From Eledone cirrhosa (taxonomy: Eukaryota), in assembly GCA_964016885.1 (NCBI GenBank), contig OZ024742.1, positions 344,596,001-344,660,000 of the forward strand: a stretch of DNA of 64,000 bases. Direction: 5' to 3'. Each line of letters begins with the position of its first letter. Within the stretch, counting starts at the first letter, position 1. A model generated the notes under the pieces. It did no database searches. It was not told the DNA's origin and was given only the letters and a program-made list of their open reading frames with translations. Positions 62,396 to 64,000 of the stretch are shown here, piece after piece. A program made the translations under genes and the position numbers.

Positions 62396-63743
62396 CTACC
62401 AATAACTCCTCCCTCTCTACTTTAGCCATAGAGTTCTCTCAATAAACGGACAGTCACACACTTAGGTAGTTAGACGGCTAAGATTGTTTGCGCACTTGCA
62501 AACGATACTCGGCCTGTTTCCACTGAGTTCTCACAGCTGAGTGCTCTCTTTTAGAATACCTAGCTAGTAAATAGTTAGATTGATTACACACTTAGTTAGG
62601 ACCGATTACGCTCTCTATACATAGCTCTACACACAGTACCCGTTTCCTTTAGACATTGAGCTCCCACAATTACGACTGTCACGTTCCTACCGACTGAACA
62701 CTACACCAGGTTTTGATGCGTGATCATCTAACCATGGAAGACTCACTGTTACGGATTGAACAATAATACTGACACACCATTAATGGGCCTACACACATCC
62801 TTTGGAGTTTACTGTCCTGTGTTTTCTTACTTCACCTTCTGTGTTGGATAACACACCTCCACCACTCAAACAACTATCTTAAAAGCTCATTGGCCCATAT
62901 GACATATAAAATCACACTTGCGGACGCATTTACCCAATACCCAACCCTACACGGAGCCCTTTGCCGGCCTACATTGCAGTTGCTTGCACGCACGGATTGG
63001 TGACACGGATTCTCAACGGGACAGCGGTACACAAGGAGTTCGACATAAGCTGATGGCTTGCTCTTCACATGGATGTGTATATACCCGGACATACCCTTTT
63101 TGGGACGATTCGGATGTGTATATACCATAACATACACTTGAAGATATGGATGTTACAATTCGATCTATACACGTATAGCAGAACACTGAAGTGAACTTAC
63201 TTGCGCGCGCGCGTGTGTATGTCTGTGTTGTGGGTGTTAACCTAATATTTCCAATTTACATCGTCAAATTGAGATTTTACCGACATAGCTTCTGTTGCTT
63301 TGTGAACTAACTTTCGGTGAGTGCTGTGTTGTTACATTCTTATATTTGTTTTCTTATATTTGTTTTTTCTCGGACATCGCTTCGGTGTGTGTGAAAGTGT
63401 GTGTGTACCCACCCACGCTAATTCTACGGGTTTGATACTGTTTTGATGTGTGTATATATATGTATATATTTTTCTTTGACCTCCAGCCGATGTATGTAGG
63501 TGTGGAGTGTGTGTGTACCCACTCACTTTTAACTGTGACTGACTGTATCCCTACAGATTTGATTGATGTCCAGCCCCTTTTGCAGCGATAGAAATCTGAA
63601 AACCTTTATGACCTCAACTAACGCTAATAGCAGTCGTCGTGTCTCTGACTGACTGGTGTGTCTCCAGATGAGGGAATGAATTCTGTTAGAGAACATGGTT
63701 ATTTTTTTCTCCCTCATATCAAGAATTTGAAGACAATTCATTT

Positions 63744-63817
63744 TCACCTGATGAGATCAGTGATAATCGATCATGGCTTCACAATCGATCTATCTCTTAT
63801 TGAAACATGTGTCGTGA
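63744..63817 (+). ncRNA. Type I hammerhead ribozyme with extended stem II
   Basis: TCAC-CTGATGA-[long imperfect stem with ATCGAT/ATCGAT]-GAAA-CATGTG-TC-GTGA; stem I TCAC/GTGA; palindromic ACATGT in stem III. Confidence 0.7.
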
Positions 63818-64000
63818 TTAAATGATTGGAATTTTACCTTGCCTTCGGATTTTCATTTTGATACTTATACTCCGTTTTACATCATCTAGCTGTTCCCTCG
63901 AATGGAATTGGAGATATACAAAAGCGTGGAGAACTTAATATTGCTAACATAAAATTATTGGACCATTTTACACAACCAATAATGCACCTTACTATATATA

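Larger units (their letters stand above)
59732..63992 (+). mobile_element. Penelope-like retroelement, probably Hydra clade, 5'-truncated, in (TA)n
   Basis: RT and C-terminal GIY-YIG joined by a CxCx5Cx5C linker; 1.6-kb 3' region ending in a hammerhead and (TA)n. Confidence 0.85.

Overview
Animal genomic DNA made almost entirely of repeats, with no recognisable host gene. An octopod cephalopod is inferred from the SINE family and the microsatellite load. Contents: (1) seven insertions of one L1/Tx1-clade LINE family, all ending in (TATC)n/(TC)n, including a 12.8-kb head-to-tail array of four copies at 40.8-53.6 kb; (2) two Penelope-like elements (PLEs), a Neptune-type on the minus strand and a probable Hydra-clade element on the plus strand, plus several short PLE-like tails in (TA)n carrying minimal hammerhead-ribozyme motifs; (3) a decayed autonomous Helitron and a non-autonomous Helitron 3' end; (4) nine tRNA-derived SINEs and a CR1 3' fragment; (5) a 16-kb 29/32-bp satellite with nested higher-order duplications, plus smaller minisatellites. 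The strongest leads are conserved spliceosomal signals in the LINE (a 67-68 nt 5'-UTR intron candidate and a donor just before ORF2), a repeat unit whose 5' end coincides with a hammerhead cleavage site and which carries a CTCF-type motif, a hairpin element family whose arms diverge symmetrically, and (TA)n-centred fold-back duplications. All coordinates were read by eye and may be off by a few bases. Family assignments rest on motif recognition, not database searches.
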